A stretch of DNA of 63,978 bases, counting the filler, from Collodictyon triciliatum (taxonomy: Eukaryota): the NCBI GenBank assembly GCA_043381765.1. It is 7 parts of 7 records of this genome, joined end to end, with 100 filler letters (N's around TTAATTAATTAA, not from the genome) between each part and the next. Parts side by side here need not be neighbours in the genome. Positions count along the whole stretch, not along the records: positions 25,479 to 39,864 come from JBHJMP010001828.1; 6 more parts are not named here. The stretch is one strand, 5' to 3'. The notes under the pieces were generated by a model. That model was given only the letters and a program-made list of their open reading frames with translations, ran no database searches and had not been told where the DNA came from. Within the stretch, counting starts at the first letter, position 1, and each line of letters starts with the position of its first letter. The position numbers and the translations under genes are program-made. Positions 26,189 to 39,318 of the stretch are shown here, in pieces.

Positions 26189-28018
26189 ATGAAGGTTGAA
26201 AACATAGAAGACAGAGGCGAGGCGGAGGAAGGCAAACAACCGGCTGAAGTTCACCAAGGTTGGTGTCTAGAGGAGAAAGACGGCAAGGAGCCCCGACAGG
26301 ACCAACGAGACCTAGAGCCATGCAACCCCAAGGCCACGAATGAACAAATCACCTCGTCAACTGTCAAGCTGAACATGTGCAAGAGGACAAAGTTTGTTGA
26401 AAGAAGAAAGACTATTCTGTCTATTCTTGTCAGGAACGAGCGACTGTTTGCGTTAGCTCTCAATATTTACAAAAACCCCATCGTTACACTGTTTGTTGGT
26501 GTGCTCTGGTTTGTTTTCACTCTTCTAGGGCTTTCAGTATGCTTCAAAATTCCGTTGATAGAGCCAAACCACCATATGTACCTGCAATTCGTATACAGTT
26601 TGAATTTTTTTCTCCATCACGCGGTCTTCCTGAGACTGGATGTCATTAAAGAGCTGGTGAAATCATTCAACTTTTGGTTCACCGTTTACAACAGCATCTC
26701 ATGCTTTGTTTGCCTGTTGTTGCTTTGGGGGCCAACTTCCGGAATGATATCGGTTACTACCCACTCAATTCCTAGTATATTATTGATTGTCTTCTTTGAC
26801 GCCCATTCCAGAAAACATCTTTTTGTCGTCAAAGCGATGTCCTTTGTGGGCCTCCTTGCATACCTACCCATCATAGCAATTCTGTTTTTTCGCTTGGTGG
26901 ATTTTCGTCAAGAAGAATTTGAGTATGACCTATGGGGAACAGCTGTATTTAACATCAGGATGCAAGCAATAGATAACGCCATTAACTTCATCGTCTACCT
27001 TCTACGTATATCATATACACACTTAGTCCTTAGGGAGACAAATACCCTTACCTTTTTGTCTCGATTTTATGAGATTGAAGAAAAGGCATACGAGCGACAA
27101 GTTTCAAATAGAGGGAAGGGAAAATCACCAAATACTGTCGATGGCAAGACTAGCAGAAAGGTCCACATGGCCGGTGTTTGTCCAGGTGGGCAAGTAATAA
27201 TAGATGAAGAGGCCAAATGTGGTGACCCAGTTTATGAACCAACGGAACTCCGAAGAGATTCAACAAAGTATCTTACGATTGGCATTATTGAAAATAATGC
27301 AATAGAATATGACTCACATCACACCCTTTTTCACAAGTATTTCGAGAAGAAAAGCCCGTTGTTGTCTGGAATATTAAAGTCAAGAAAGTACCATGTCTTT
27401 GTTTTTTGCATGAGTATTGTAACGCCAATTTGTTCTTCCGTTCTGTCAATTGGCCTTCCTGTTAACAATTTCTTCGATTGGGGTGGGAAAATTATTGTTT
27501 TGGCAGGAATATTCCTCTACATACTACAAATTTTTCTGGTCTGTAACATTTCCATGCTCCGCTACGCATTGCGGTCATTTGATTTCTGGTACATAGTTAT
27601 CTTAATCCTCAAGGTTTGTTTTTCAACCGGCTTGTTGTGTGATTGGGATTCAAGGATGATATACTGGTTACTTTATGTCACCGCTTTGACATGGTGCGTG
27701 ATGATAGATACATTCCACGTAAAAGCACGCAACATGTCTTACTTGAGCATTCTGGGTGCAATGTGGTCTCTGTCTGTTTCTATCCTGTGCAAGACGCATA
27801 TCGGGAGAACGTTTGGGAGAGAGAGCTACCTCCATCTTTGGGGTGTGCCTCTGATGTCCTCCAAAACAACCCTGTCGAACGCTTCTTTCTCTGTGACTCT
27901 TTTCAGCCTTCGCTATTTGTGGAGCTTCCACAGCAACCCACGCCGTATTTTCTTCATGACAAAGAACATGGAATTGGTTGAGCTTCAGCCGCCCGCAGCC
28001 CCTGCTGATATTAAGTAG
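26189..28018 (+). CDS. Uncharacterised intronless polytopic membrane protein, two homologous halves
   Basis: 609-aa ORF with two hydrophobic blocks separated by a hydrophilic loop. Repeated motifs ELVKSFNFWF / YALRSFDFWY, FFDAH / MIDTF and YDLWG / LHLWG. Confidence 0.8.
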   Translation: MKVENIEDRGEAEEGKQPAEVHQGWCLEEKDGKEPRQDQRDLEPCNPKATNEQITSSTVKLNMCKRTKFVERRKTILSILVRNERLFALALNIYKNPIVTLFVGVLWFVFTLLGLSVCFKIPLIEPNHHMYLQFVYSLNFFLHHAVFLRLDVIKELVKSFNFWFTVYNSISCFVCLLLLWGPTSGMISVTTHSIPSILLIVFFDAHSRKHLFVVKAMSFVGLLAYLPIIAILFFRLVDFRQEEFEYDLWGTAVFNIRMQAIDNAINFIVYLLRISYTHLVLRETNTLTFLSRFYEIEEKAYERQVSNRGKGKSPNTVDGKTSRKVHMAGVCPGGQVIIDEEAKCGDPVYEPTELRRDSTKYLTIGIIENNAIEYDSHHTLFHKYFEKKSPLLSGILKSRKYHVFVFCMSIVTPICSSVLSIGLPVNNFFDWGGKIIVLAGIFLYILQIFLVCNISMLRYALRSFDFWYIVILILKVCFSTGLLCDWDSRMIYWLLYVTALTWCVMIDTFHVKARNMSYLSILGAMWSLSVSILCKTHIGRTFGRESYLHLWGVPLMSSKTTLSNASFSVTLFSLRYLWSFHSNPRRIFFMTKNMELVELQPPAAPADIK

Positions 28019-28628
28019 GAGACAAGCCTTTGCAGTCCCCGAATAAAACAACCTTGGCTACCTCTGAACCGGCTTCGGAGCGTGCTTCTCCTGACGCAAA
28101 GATGGGGAATCGACAAGGGCAGGTGCATGTGGGGGGATCGTGTCGTAAAGCCCGCGTGCTGTGGTGGGCGGCGGTGGGATAGAGAGAAGAAAAGGACGTA
28201 TTTTATTCTCTTTAAAGGGAGCGCTCTTTTGATATCTGCTGCGGACTGGGAGTGGCGATGGGCGCCCACTTATTCAAGGCACTTTGTGCGATGAGGTGAA
28301 GTCCTGAGCTGGTGCGCCTTGCCCTAAGGTTTGCGCCGCATGTTGCAGATAATATAACAGGGAATAAAATATGGTTCCATGAAGAATGAGCAAAGAATGT
28401 ATATGCTCCCTCCTTTTCAAAGGGTAAAGAGGTTAAGAAAAAAGAAAAGGAAAAAAAAAGGAAAAAAATGTAAGATGGGACACCAGGAAATCGAAGGAAC
28501 GTTGTGGTTGTTCACGACATATATTAATTGTCGCATCGGTGAGGTGAAACGCAGGGCTCAGGAAAAAAAAAAAAGAGTGATGAATACGAATAAACACTGT
28601 TTGACGTTTCCTCTTCACGTAAAATTGC

Positions 28629-31151
28629 TTAGGCCCAGATCTATGTGACAAAAGAAAAAGAATGAGTTTTACTCGAAGACATACGGTAAGTAATATTTCA
28701 TTTCGCGATACTTGGAAAGGAATTTTCATGAGTGTATTTTGCTTTCTTATTAATATGAAGTTAAAATTACTCTGAGCATGCTGTCCCAGCTTCCAGTGCA
28801 AAGGGCCATACCATCACCAGAAACTCCCAAGCAACTGGATGAATGAGTGGAAAAAAGAGGAGTTGATTGATTAATAGGAGGGTGCTATTGTAATGACAAA
28901 ATAGTGAACCTATCTGCCTTGGGATAAATTATTATCTACGGAATCATACCTGACACGATTATCATGGCCAGCGAGTACAGCAACTTGCTTGCCTTTAAGA
29001 GTATCCCAGACATAACAGTTGAAGTCATCATATCCAGCGAAGAGGAAGCGCCCTAAAATTGATCAAGATGGCTTTAGACGAAATGACGTGCGTTTGGAAT
29101 GACTCTTCTAGTGTGGAGGTGGAAATTAAAAACAAAAAAATTGAAGAAAAAACTGACCACTCAGAGAGAATGCGACGGATGTGATACCACAGAGAATGTG
29201 CTCGTTGGTGTAGGAAACAAGCTCGCTAAAAGAGTTGATTTTAGTGACGCACTTAAAAGATGGAATAAATGTCACGAAATGCGATTGGTGTGGGTTAATA
29301 GATGGTGCTTTGGACCAAGTCTTGAGAAAGTGTAAAAGCTGGTGATTCTGGGATGGAGACTTCCAAATCGAGATATGTACTAACCGGTCTGCACGAACGT
29401 CAAACAGCTTACAGGAGGCATCATCTGACCCTGTTCCGAAAGCATTTCCGTTGGGGAAGAATCTGAGATAGTTAGGGACAATTGATTATTACGTTATAAG
29501 ACAATATGATGCGTTTTCTTTCTTTTCTTCAAAGAAATGAAGATTTAGCTATGAAATCACAACGTTCTTGTGTGTTATGTGTGCTACTTCGATCGATTCC
29601 AACTTACTGCACGGAGTTAATGTCAGAACTGTGTCCAACAAAGGTGTGTTCGGCTTGCCCAGTACGGATATCCCATAATTTTGCGTTGAAGTCACAGGCT
29701 CCAGAAACGAAGAGATTCTTGTCCTGGTTGGGGGTGATGGATACACTAGTATGTGGAAGGGTTTTGTGAGGATAATGTAGGAATAACAACTGAAAAAGAA
29801 TATTGACACGCCTCGAATTTCTGAGACATATGGATATTATCAAAGGTAATGAGGTGAATATGAAAGAAAAAAACCTCATAACGTCACCGCTGTGATCACT
29901 GAATGTGGTGGTCTAAATAAAGTCAGAAAATGTGTCACAATTGAGAATAATCTGATGCTGTACATAGGGATATTATGAATATATAACGGTATATATATGA
30001 CATGTTTGGATACGGCCTTATGAATAGGTCTATTGCAATTTGTGGCAATTTTCACGATTATGGATGATAAGTGTGCTAAAAGTGAAGGAGGAGCATGCAT
30101 ACAGCTGTGCTGCTGTCGATGTCCCACAGAATACAAGTGGTATCGCCAGACGACGTGAGAATATTCTTGTCGCTCAAGAATCGACAGCATGAAAGATAAC
30201 TATGTTCATATTAATATTGTAGGGGCCAAAAGTTAGAATGCTAGCGAAAACATCGTCAAGTAGGCGCGATATCGAGAAATATATCTGCCATAAGACGGGA
30301 TAGGGAAGATAAATAGGGAGGGGGCGTGTGCGATAGAGACATACCCAGAGTGTACATTGAGCTCCTTCATGACGCGGATGGGATTCTCACGCTGTCGGAG
30401 GTTGTAAATGGAGCAGATGTTGTCGAGGCCTCCGCACGCAACAAGATTTCCGGAGGGCGAATAAGCACAAGTCATCACCCAAGACGATCGCAGAGGAATA
30501 GCGTGGACCTACACCCAGACAGAAAAGTGGCCAGCGTTGATTGTATGTACGCTTAACAGCTGAGTCAGGATAGAAGTCTTAAGGGAAAAAAGGGTGTTTT
30601 TCAAAAGGGACAGAGCCCCACCTTGTTTGTGGAGAAAGCGTTCCAGACGATCAGCTTTCCGTCCTGTGAGGCACTGACCAAGTGGCGTTTGTCCTCGGAC
30701 CAGTGCATGGCGTAGATCTTGGCAAGATGGCCCTGTTTGATAGAACCCAACAAGACACAACGTATGGAGAGAAATGGACACAGTCAGGATCAGCCGAAGA
30801 GACATGCTGCTGGTCTGTATGGTGTTGAGCCACCAAGAGCAGTTTGTATGTGTGAGTATGATTGCAACCTTCAGAGTTCTGCGCGGCTTGAGCGACAGCT
30901 TTGTGACGGCCTCAATCTCTGCAGTCAGGTCAAGAACTGCGGGACGGGCGCAAAGGGTTAGCAGGATAACAGAAGGGTGCCAAGGCTCAAGACTGGAGGA
31001 GGCCCAGGCAGAAGGACACAGGTGAGGAAGGGGCTTGCGTGCAAGACTTACAGTTTCCGTCGTTTGCGGCGTCGCGGTTCTTCTTGATGGCCTCTTTGAG
31101 AGACTCAGCCTCCTTCTTTGCCTGGGCGATGCGAGCAGAGTTGTCTGTCAT
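28629..31151 (-). CDS. GNB: Heterotrimeric G-protein beta subunit (many short exons)
   Basis: [48 protein letters not shown]..|[62 protein letters not shown], with GT-AG introns. Confidence 0.96.
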
Positions 31152-32982
31152 TATGGGCGCTGGTGCGGCGTGGGCGTGGCTGTGTTGAGAGAAGAGAGAG
31201 AAAGAGAGAAAGAGAGAAAGAGAGAAAGAGAGAAAGAGAGAAAGAGAGAGAGAGAGAGAGAAACGTGTGAGTCAGGGACGTTTGCGGCTGAGGTGGAGCT
31301 CGGCAGTTCTGCACGGCTTCGCTGGAAAGAGCTTCTCAACACGCTCTGGCTTCTGTTCAGGTAAACAGGAGAGTTGCCAAAGAGAAGAAAAAGGTCTGTT
31401 GACGCCGATCGTGGGTGGGAGGCACTGGCTTTTGTGTGCAGTAGGCGTGCTCTTTTTTCTTTTTTCTTTTTTCTTTTTTCTTTTTTCTTTTTTCTTTTTT
31501 CTTTTTTCTTTTTTCTTTTTTCTTTTTTCTTTTTTCTTTTTTCTTTTTTTCCAGAGCTAGGCTCGTAAAATGAGCTTTGCTTGAGGAGGCTATCGAGGGC
31601 TCTCGGGGCCTGCTGACTCTAAGATCAAATCTTCAACAAAGAGGCCACTATTTAAGGCTTGCGCCCACCCAACGAAAAGGGGAAAGAAAAGAAAAGAAAA
31701 GAAAAGAAATCAAAAGAAATCAAAAGAAATCAAAAGAAAAGAAAAGAAAAGAAAAGAAAAATAGAACTGAAGAAGGAGGACGCAAGCCCCTAGTCTTTTC
31801 TGTGAGGTTTGCCTCCCCAAGCCAAAGCCTCCTCAGGCCGAGAACCACAGACAGCCTCCTTTGCTCTCCCTGTGTTCGGGGCAGAGAGCCCCCAGAGTCG
31901 CGTTTGGGTGTCTGCGTAGGCACACAGGCCCAGTCCCAACCGCACGCCCCACCCGGCTGATCGGAGCGGCCTACCACAGAGACGCGGCTTTGGCCTCCAC
32001 AGCGCGAATCAACACATGAATCTGCACGCAAATACGTTTGTCTCGATCATTGATCCAAGCCCAAACGAATTCGAAATTTTTCTTGGAGAATCAATGAATT
32101 TGGTGCAAGAGAGGGAAATATTGCCGCTTGTCACCAGAGAAAAATCAAGTGCAAACATTCGATGAATCTGGAGACAAAATAGACATTTCAATCTAATTTA
32201 CGGATTGAAGTAAACAAGATTGCTATATCCCCAACTCTGGAATTATGTTGCAAAGCAAAGGCCTTCATTTTCAATGAATATATTCTTTTATGGTCAATAG
32301 AATGTAATGTCATTCCATTCCTGTCTTTGGTTTGCCTCTGCTTCATTCTCTGTACGTCCCATATCCTGCTGCTGCCAGTAAAAAAGAATTTCGGTATGGT
32401 ACCAAAATATAATGGACATTAATTATATATATTAAATATTTTATTAGATATTAATTAAAGGTTTAATACAATAACGAGGATAAAAATAGAATCGACAAAT
32501 AAATTCCGCATGTGTCAATTAACGTCATTAATCATCACCGCATGCAACATTTAACATCAACTAACCAAGCACCTCCAGCAACCCGACCCCAGAGAAGAAA
32601 GGCAGTCCCAGAAACCGACTTGGTCGAGCCATATCATACAACTGTTGCGCCATATCAGCCACTTTATATTCGTAAAACTCCTTTCAATCAAAAGAAGGCG
32701 GGGCCTGTTTTTTTTTTCTTTTTCTTTTTTCGCAAAAGCTCCTTCTTTTACCTGTCGAATACTCTTCTCTTCTGGACTTTAAATTATTTTTTTCTGATTT
32801 GCTTCTTGCAAAACCCCGACGCTTTGCTTAAGTCTATGGCATATTTTGGACCTTAGACGCAGCTATTCTGTAAATAATACCTGCACAAAATACAAACAAC
32901 AACAAACTTTGGAGGTAAAGTGGTTGGTTAATCGCCAGATATTCACTGGGTTGAACATGTTGCTTGGATTTAGAACAGGGTT

Positions 32983-35816
32983 ATGTCCTTTTCCTTCATG
33001 AGTCGCGTGTGGAAAGGGGTTATTGTGGCTGGGGTTTTCGGGGCCAGCTTTACCGCTCACCAGCAAAATAGAGATGTGTCTTCAGGAGCTCACGAGACAA
33101 TCCAAAAGGCTGTCCAACCGCACCGCAGAGGAATATTCACAGGTTCGTACCCAACCACCTGTTTTTTTTTCTTAAAAAAAAATAAATAGAAGAGAATCTT
33201 GGGGTGATATTGAGCTATTATTTTCTCTACTATACCCGAGCAAAATTGACGGTTCCAGATATAACTATGAGAGTGAACCGATCTATACCGACAGACTTAT
33301 TGGGCGAGTCCCCTCTGAATTATTTGGTATCGGCCCTTCTTCATAATCGTGTGCTGTGTGAAAACAGCGTTGGTCAAAAGAAGCCTCATTCGCAGCCGCA
33401 CATGGTTTTGCCACCAACTTTCAAGGAGAGGCCAGCCGAGGCTCCGATTTATCGCGTGGTGTTGACTGGAGGTCCATGTGGAGGAAAAACCACAGCAATC
33501 ACGGTAACCTAATATTTTGTAAAAAACACGATCCGCTAAGCATTGAGACTGTGGATACTTTGATATAAATGGTCAAAAACACATTCTATTCTATATTTAT
33601 GCGAGATTCCTCCACATGGATGCACTGACCTGGATATCATTTTTATTTTACTTTATTTTATTCGTTGATGGTCTGTACTACTAGACAATATCGGAGCAAA
33701 TGAAGGACCGAGGATTCAATGTGTATGTCGTCCCAGAGGCAGCAACCATGCTGATGACAGGAGGAGTTCCTCCTTTGGTTGGTTCGTTTCTATCAAATTG
33801 AAAATTTCCTGTTCCAGTCTTTTCGAAAAGAGTTAACTACGAGACACACGACAATAGAAGGAGATAATTTAACATGAAACATGATTTTTTCTTTCACCTT
33901 TTTAAATGTATCTCACGTATTATTTTATACCCATAGGCGGGGATTTGATTTTATTCCAAGAGAGCATCATGAAAGTACAAATGAGGCTAGAAGAGGTATT
34001 TTTTGAGATAGCAACGTCTACTGGGAAACCTTCAATCATTTTGTGCGATAGAGGAATGATGGATTCGTGCGCCTACGTATCTGCTTTGGATTGGCAGGTC
34101 TCCCTATTTTCTTTTGATGAGTTCTATCAATCATGCAATGGTAGTATGTTTTGTTTGAATACTGTAGTTGGGGTGGTTCTTTTATGTAGGCTATTCTAGA
34201 TAGGAATGAATGGACAAACGTCCGAATCCGAGACGGGTAAAATTCCAATACAGAGCACGATAAATTCACGCATAATATTGTGAAATGAACAAAATGCTCA
34301 ATTCACAATCTGAAATCTCTTTAAAAAAAGTCGGTATGATGCTGTCATTCACCTTGTTACTGCCGCCATCGGAGCGGAGGGCTACTATACCACTGCCAAC
34401 AACAACGCACGCATGGAATCTGCAGAGGAAGCCATAATTATGTTTGTTGCAGAGTGTGATTGCTGTATTCCTTTCTGCCTATCAAGGATTGTCATATATT
34501 TTATTTTAAAAAAATACAAAACAAAATAAATATTTAACAACTCTAAAATACTGGACAAATGCCTAAATGTGACGATCGACCCAATTATCTTGCTTATGCA
34601 CACAACCAGGGATATGAAGACAAGGGAAGCATGGAGTGGACATCCTCACCTTCGAATTATTGACAACAGCACAGATTTCAATACGAAAATCAACCGTGTT
34701 GTTGATGACTTGTGTCTCTTGGTCTGTCTTCTAAATCTTCTCATTGAAATATATGTGGTCATAAAAAAGACATGCTCCAAAACAATAATAATAATTCAGT
34801 ATTACTCAAATATTGAATTCCCATCGAAAACTTATCATAAAATATCAATGTCAGGTAGGGATGCCGCCGTCTGACCGAATAGTGAAGAAAAAATACCTTC
34901 TATCCTCTGAACCCCAGTGGGGGTCTAGTCCCGTTCATGCAAAAACATTTGAGGCACAATTTTTTTTTTTTTTTTTTACAAATGGCTCATAATACTGCTT
35001 TATATACATGAATACACTTTATGCCCATATCCTCTAATAAAAAGAAAAAAAACATAGGTAGAGCAGACTTTCCTTACCTCGTCTGATGGCTCCGAGATGA
35101 GTGTGAGTCGTCGAGGACAAACTGGTTCCTATTCGTACACGCTGAGAATTGTAAAGTCTGTATTGCAATCATATTCATTTACATTGCGTTTCACCATTAT
35201 ATTCGATTTCACATATTTCCGACTATTGGGGATATGAGATACGCTCAGCACCTGAATTTTGCATCAAACGAAATGACGATGGGCGGTTTTTTTAAACTGT
35301 TATTATTATCATTATTATTATTCTTGATATAAATTAAGTAAAAAATCAAAACAGGGAGGAGGTGAATAACGGCGTTGTCACAAAAAATGAGCTGAAGAGA
35401 AAGATTTCAAGTAGAGAATACGTCTCCTACCTTACCCAAAGGGATGCGAGCCGAGGCACCATCCGCCTGACCCATCACTGCTTCCTCTGGAAAAATACCT
35501 ACTACGTGGTAGATTCAGTCTACAAGTATGCGCTTTCGCCCCCTTGATAGCTCCCAACCCTTCTCCTTTTCACAGCAAACAGGCAGCACCCATACTAACG
35601 TACATCCTCCTCTTGGATTGATACAGCCTGAAGGTCAAGGAAAACGGAGACTTGGAGCAGTCGCCCAACGAGTCGGACCGCATCCACATTGTGCGAATCG
35701 AAATGGACAAGCATGAGGCAGGCAACTTCCAGCATCCCGACTTCCTTTCTATCGAAAGAGACGTGACCACAGACCCGCGCTACAAGTTTGTGAACCTCTC
35801 GCTTCGCCAAAAATAA
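32983..35816 (+). CDS. NadR/Ttd14-like AAA_28 P-loop protein with C-terminal CYTH-like domain, multi-exon
   Basis: IYRVVLTGGPCGGKTT|..VPEAAT, IILCDRGMMDSCAY, RYDAVIHLVTAAIGAEGYYTTANNNARMES, AWSGHPHLRIIDNSTDF, VEQTFL..RRGQ.GSYSY, CFLWKNTYYVVD, IERDVTTDPRY. The start (32983 or 32998) and last exon are less certain. Confidence 0.85.
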
Positions 35817-36186
35817 CCCGCTCACATCCATATCCACACCTCTCCATTCCCTGTTTGAGGCCAATACAGTCTGCCTCGATAAACTAATCAGCTGCCTCGA
35901 AAGAAGCGGCTTTCTCGACGAAGGATTTACCACCACTATAGCCTTTTCCATTTATTTTTTTTCCATCACTAGTTCTTTCCTCTCCTTCTTTCTCTTTCGT
36001 CTTTCTCCTTTTCGCTTCTGTGGGGAAGCCTAGTCCCAAAGACCCCGCCGACCGGGTCACGAGAAGAGCTCCTGCCTCTCGACCAGCCTCCTGTGGCGCT
36101 CCTCTCTGTGCCGCGATATAGCAGACGATCCAATTAGATGGTACTATGGCTGGGCTTGCATCTGAGGAAAAGAATACCTCATCTGG

Positions 36187-36904
36187 TCAATCAAGTCTCG
36201 GTGGTACATGATGCTGCGGTCGATCTTTGACTTTGCCAGATGCATGCTCCTCCTGTTTTGAAAGAGACAAGATGTTCTTTCTTTGTTTCTTGTTTTCAGA
36301 ACAGTCGGCTTTGAAACACGGGATAGGAATATGTCTGTCCGAATTTACATGCGAAGGGAAATACAAACTGCTCCTCAGACGCGGCTTTCGTCCGAATCAT
36401 ATTGAGCTCGTCCTGAAGCTGTTTCTGGTCTTGTTCCTTTAGCAGTGTGGAGTTATTTTCCAACATAAACGGCGATTAGGTTGTGTTATGTGGGAGGGAG
36501 TGCGGAGGTACTTTTCTCATTCTCTTCTCCTGCATCTGCTCGTGCAACGCTTTGTACATCATGGATTTGCCAGCGTGGACTTTCATTCTGTGGGCTTCTT
36601 CCCTTTCCAGGGATTTCTGGTTCAGCTTCTCTTGCTCCAACAGCGTCCTCTTTTCTTCCTGCGCATTATCACACAGGCAACGGCAACGCGATGAATGCAG
36701 TGCCGTTCAGTTAGTTCCTCCAAAGTATCACACAGTATCAGCTTTAGTTCATTGGGCACATTCCGCACCAATCGAAGGAAATAACACATACATACATACA
36801 TACATACATACATACATACATACATACATACATACATACATACATACATACATACATACATACATACATACATACATACATACATACATACATACATACA
36901 TACA

Positions 36905-36935
<31 letters not shown>

Positions 36936-38427
36936 GCTATTTCGAATCAACCTCAAGCAGTCTCTGGGCGTCCAGCAGCGCATATCTCTGGAATGCCTCG
37001 TACTTTTTCTCACTGGCCACCACAACTTTCTTCTTCTCTTCCTGTCTTTCTTTCTCCTTCTGCTCCAGGAGAGCCATGCGCATCTCTTGCTCGATGCGGT
37101 CCTTCTCCACCTGCTCTTTAGCGAGTTGTTTCCGGATTTCAACCTCTCTCTGCCATGCGGCCATCTCACTCATCTGTTTCTGCTTTCTCTGAATAGTATA
37201 AACATTACAATAACGAATGGTTATATTTGTAGCGAGTGCAAACTCCCACACACAGGGTTAGACATCAGCGAAAGAAAACCTAATTCTTACCTCCATTCTC
37301 TTTTTAACATCTTCGAGTTGGCCCTCCTGCACAGAAAATATTATAATGAAAATACTTTGATCGAACCACAAACAAGAACAAAACAAAAACACCGTCGATA
37401 GGAACCATATCTTTCTCTACATCGAGCTGTTACACGATATTACCTTTATGTCACCCTGAAGAATCTCACTCTCCATTATCTCGTGCGCCTTCCTTTCTCT
37501 AGCCTCGAGCATCGCAGCCATCTTTCTATCTTCTGCCAGCTTCTTTATCTCTATCATATCTCCTCTTTCACGACGAAACTTCTCTTCCTAAAGAGTAGAC
37601 ATATTGTGATGCAAGGTACTGTCCATTCACTCAGGTCCAATTCATAATTGCTTACCTGCTTCTTTCTCTGCTCCTCTCTCCATAGTTCATAATCTTTCAT
37701 CACATGAGCAGAGTACTCGGACTCTATCTCTTGTTCTTTTTTCATCTGGATCATGCGTCCATCAGCCTGATGGAAAGAAACATACTAGTAATTAGTGGCT
37801 CTCCACCTTAAGACCTTACATAAATATCATAGAATGCTAGCTGTGTTCTGAAGTTTAGTTTACATGCGGAGCCCCAGACGCTCTCCTTGAGGCTGGTGGA
37901 GAGGCAGAATATCCCTAAAAATAAAAAGAAAAAAAGAGATAAATACAAATATAAATGAATAGTGTCTTTTGTACCGAAGAAAGGAAAATAAGTTAACAAA
38001 TAATTTGAAACGTGTATTTCGAAAGACTATGGGATTACATCTGGCTGTAAAAACCCGGGGAGTGGCCCAGTTTTCCCAGGATTTCCATGGCTCCATCCTT
38101 GCGCCTTCCCTATTAACTGTGGGTTAATACATACAAAGGCACCAGACAGCAACGAAAACCAGCAACAGAATATCTCTGTAAACGAAAGAGAGAGAATTCA
38201 CTGTGTGTCTATATTCACAAGAATGAAGTTCACTAAAGCAAAATGAGAAACAGGCATTGGCCCAACCTGTTGACAGGGAACGGCTGCGACTCTCACCGGC
38301 ACCGGCTTGTGAGGAACTTGAAACACGGGCCGATCCGAGAGCAGGGAATCCCTTCAAATGAAAAAGAACATAGAACAAGGAAATGACATTATTTAGACTA
38401 AGATGACAGAGGTCTTTGGCAGAGTAG

Positions 38428-38522
<95 letters not shown>

Positions 38523-38658
38523 AAGAGGCGACGAAGTGGCTGGAAAGTGGACAACAAGGCAAGACTTTCTGAGCCGACGACTTGAGCCGGGCGGACGCCG
38601 CTGCCTCCTCGATATGCCTCTCTCGCACGTGCAGACGATGAACCGGATCGTACTCCAT
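36187..38658 (-). CDS. Multi-exon E/K/R/Q-rich coiled-coil protein of unknown function
   Basis: In-frame chain of GT-AG exons: MEYDPVHRLH..AQK|GFPALGS..LST|GKAQGW..QPD|GYSASPP..PH|ADGRMIQMKKEQ..|EEKFRRE..|..RKQKQMSEMAAWQREVEIRKQ..PPRLD*. Confidence 0.65.
36786..36933. repeat. (ACAT)n microsatellite (intronic)
   Basis: Direct reading. Another lies at 60768-60866. Confidence 0.97.
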
Positions 38659-39318
38659 CTACTCCTGTTGCATATATTTACTGCTGTCACACACGGCCAG
38701 TTCCCTGCCCCTTTGCAAACACGCCGAACGTGTCGGTTGTCGATGCACGGCTTCGCGACAGAGCGTGCAACGCGCTTGGATAATCGAGCGGGTTTTGTTG
38801 GCGAGTAATGTCCAATTAAGTCTGCCGTTGGATAAAGTACCATACAATCCAATTATGACATCATCAGGTGGCGGGGTTTCTCTTGCTCTGCTTGCAAAAA
38901 CCTCACAGATTCTCACCACCCCCAAGATTGTGTTGGGGCAGTGATGATTGGGCGCCAGGGTCGCTGCGAAGCGAATACAAATAATCGAGAAGCCGAGCCT
39001 TTCTGTCGAGTATCCAAAGAAGACCAGGCCGTTATTTTCATGTGGGTCGTGGTCGTCGCGCCGCGTCGATTTCTGTGGGATGACTGTGCGGTATGCAACT
39101 CTTGTGGCCCACTGCTGGCTAGTATTGTATACATATTCCAGATAGTATCTTCCTTCGGCTGTTTATCTTAAATGTTTTGTTTTCAACCATTTCTTTTAGC
39201 TGTCTCTATTAATTCATATCACATATATTGTAAAACTGGCTTGAGAAATATACATGCTTGCAATCCGCGTAAAGAGTTGCCAATCAAATGACGCCTACAA
39301 GAGATAATCAGAGGGGTA

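Noticed and set aside
36483-37169. ORFs with YIHT/MYVC repeats; similar poly-F/K/L/Y ORFs at 7007-7267, 50321-50801, 58148-58456, 61944-62261 and 63347-63862
   Set aside because: Translations of microsatellites and low-complexity tracts.
37860-38096. ORF MEPWKSWENW as a gene start
   Set aside because: The exon chain is in frame only in the GKAQGW.. frame, starting from ATG 38658.
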